DNA of 19,154 bases, taken from Caecitellus pseudoparvulus. Taxonomy: Eukaryota > Protista > Bigyra: Bicosoecida. The notes below the pieces were generated by a model that saw only the letters and a program-made list of their open reading frames with translations, did not search any database and was not told where the DNA came from. The stretch covers positions 1 through 19,154 of the forward strand of contig CBFFRQ010000105.1 of the NCBI GenBank assembly GCA_965644315.1. Direction: 5' to 3'. A program made the position numbers and the translations under genes. This document shows positions 17,602 through 19,154 of this stretch, one piece after another. Each line of letters opens with the position of its first letter. The first letter of the stretch is position 1.

Positions 17602-19154
17602 CTCACTCAATGCATTGCAACTTGCCTCCGCACACTCTTGCACGGTACAGCTTGGGCATCACTCGTGGTGCCTTGCGTACCACAGCACACGAATGCACTG
17701 CAGTAGGCACCACAGCGGCTCCCACTCTCGTGGGTCTGCAGCCATCACGGACATACGTCCGTTGTATGAGCCGCCGCTTGCTAGGGCGCGCCCGCGCCCG
17801 CCCATACATGCTGAACTGTCCCTCCCGCGCCCTCTCGGCTCAGTCGGCTGAGCCAGAGGGGGCCGGGCCCACTCCTACTTCGTCCCAGTCCACATTTCGC
17901 ATCATAATTCATCAGTCCCCCAGATCTCTTGGCCTCTGCCAGGCACTGCACGTGTGCCTGGGGCCACTGCGCGTTGAACTGAGCCGCAGTGGCCGCCTTG
18001 GGGGGTGGCGTTTCATGGCGGTGCTGCACTGCACCACGCCGGTGGTAGCAGCGCGCACCGCCGGAACAACGTCCCCCCGCCCACCAAGAACACACCAGCT
18101 TGCTCCCTTGTTCACAGGTGTTCCAGCCACATCATCTATCAGGACGTGGCGGACCTGTAAGTTCCGCGTGCGGCGTTGCACACGGCGCCCGTCTGTTCAC
18201 GCTCCCAAATTCCGCCCACAACATCGCAGAGCCGCCAGTGGGTCTTTCTGTGGACCTCAAAGACACAGGTACGTATACTGACAACATTCACTTTCCAATA
18301 ACCTTGCTTTTCACAGAGAAAACCAAGCATCAAGGACAGCGCATGTAGCAGCCTCGCCTTCGCAGTCAACCACGACCGTGGTTCTCACCACGATACACAT
18401 GTAAGCTTGCCTGTTTCCGCGCTTTGTCTCTCACAGATCCCCGCCTATTCAGAAGACGATGGACTTTCCAAGGACATCTCGGAGGACATGGCCGAGTTGG
18501 AAGAGGGTGATGGAGGGTCATCACGGGCTTCGGGCCGTGCGAGACCAAAATCAAGGAGAGTGGCCTGCCTCGTGAAGGAGCGAGGAGGCCTGCGCTCAGC
18601 CCTGACAGGAAAGTAAGTCCGTTCAAAGCGCCGCGTGCGAACATGTCGCGTATGCTTTCTCACAGCGGTTGGGTCAGGGGTGGAGAAGCCTGGAAGTGGA
18701 CTCGTGCGGCCATGGGCAGCCCACCACAGGTACCTGGCGTGTACCTGGACATGGCGATCAGCCTGTGAGGTACGTCCCAGCATGCATGTTACCAGCACGT
18801 CCCACGCAGATACAGAGAAGCTCGTGGCGGCAGCCAGAGCTTGTTTCCAGTACTTGGGAGGGCGGAGAGGACCTGAGGGGCCGCGGAGAGCAACATGAGG
18901 GTTGCTCAGGACTGCGGCCGCCTCAGGTCTCCAAAGCTGCTGTGTTGGAGGCTGGCCCCACCGGTGGGGCCACTGGCCGCACAGTAGAAGGCGAAGAAGG
19001 ATCAAGCGACCCGGTCGGCCCACAAAGCGGCCTTCGGCAGCCCGGACAACAGCATCCAGGATGAGGGGGGGCACTTCAAGGTGTTGGGCGTTGGCCACCC
19101 CCCTCACCGCGTCATTTGACCGCTCTAGGAAATTCCGCACTGCAACCATTGCGT
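17602..19154 (-). mobile_element. Second, diverged copy of the retrotransposon (3' UTR and ORF end; cut by the window edge)
   Basis: Collinear homology to 9830-~11370, same orientation, same 3' junction. Confidence 0.93.
18445..19154 (-). CDS. C-terminal part of copy 2 polyprotein (open to the window edge)
   Basis: 234 aa align with the copy 1 C-terminus at about 75% identity (hand count), with no stops or frameshifts. Confidence 0.9.
   Translation of the reverse strand, partial: AMVAVRNFLERSNDAVRGVANAQHLEVPPLILDAVVRAAEGRFVGRPGRLILLRLLLCGQWPHRWGQPPTQQLWRPEAAAVLSNPHVALRGPSGPLRPPKYWKQALAAATSFSVSAWDVLVTCMLGRTSQADRHVQVHARYLWWAAHGRTSPLPGFSTPDPTAVRKHTRHVRTRRFERTYFPVRAERRPPRSFTRQATLLDFGLARPEARDDPPSPSSNSAMSSEMSLESPSSSE

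Overview
Eukaryotic DNA with TTAGGG telomeric repeats, GC-rich and with short GT-AG intron-like signals. It is most likely from a microbial eukaryote and looks like a subtelomere. The left half holds a probable host gene tail, a P-loop NTPase, a 38-aa-unit ankyrin repeat gene and a large DxxH-type DDE transposase-like ORF that ends about 125 nt before an internal (TTAGGG)8 tract. The right half is a head-to-tail array of non-LTR retrotransposons on the minus strand: one apparently complete copy of about 7.8 kb (9830-17590) and the 3' part of a diverged second copy (17602 to window end, about 75% aa identity by hand count). Both 3' ends lack poly(A) and join telomeric DNA at the same register, GTTAGGGTTAG|C. 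The single ~2.2k-aa ORF has APE endonuclease, RT and a CCHC knuckle. It also has a candidate RRM, a candidate Josephin-like cysteine protease and a C-terminal PIP-box-like motif. The 3' UTRs share a 98-nt identical structured block and a series of antisense intron-like signals of identical length. Together this suggests a telomere-specialised retrotransposon system. All assignments are by eye; no searches were run.
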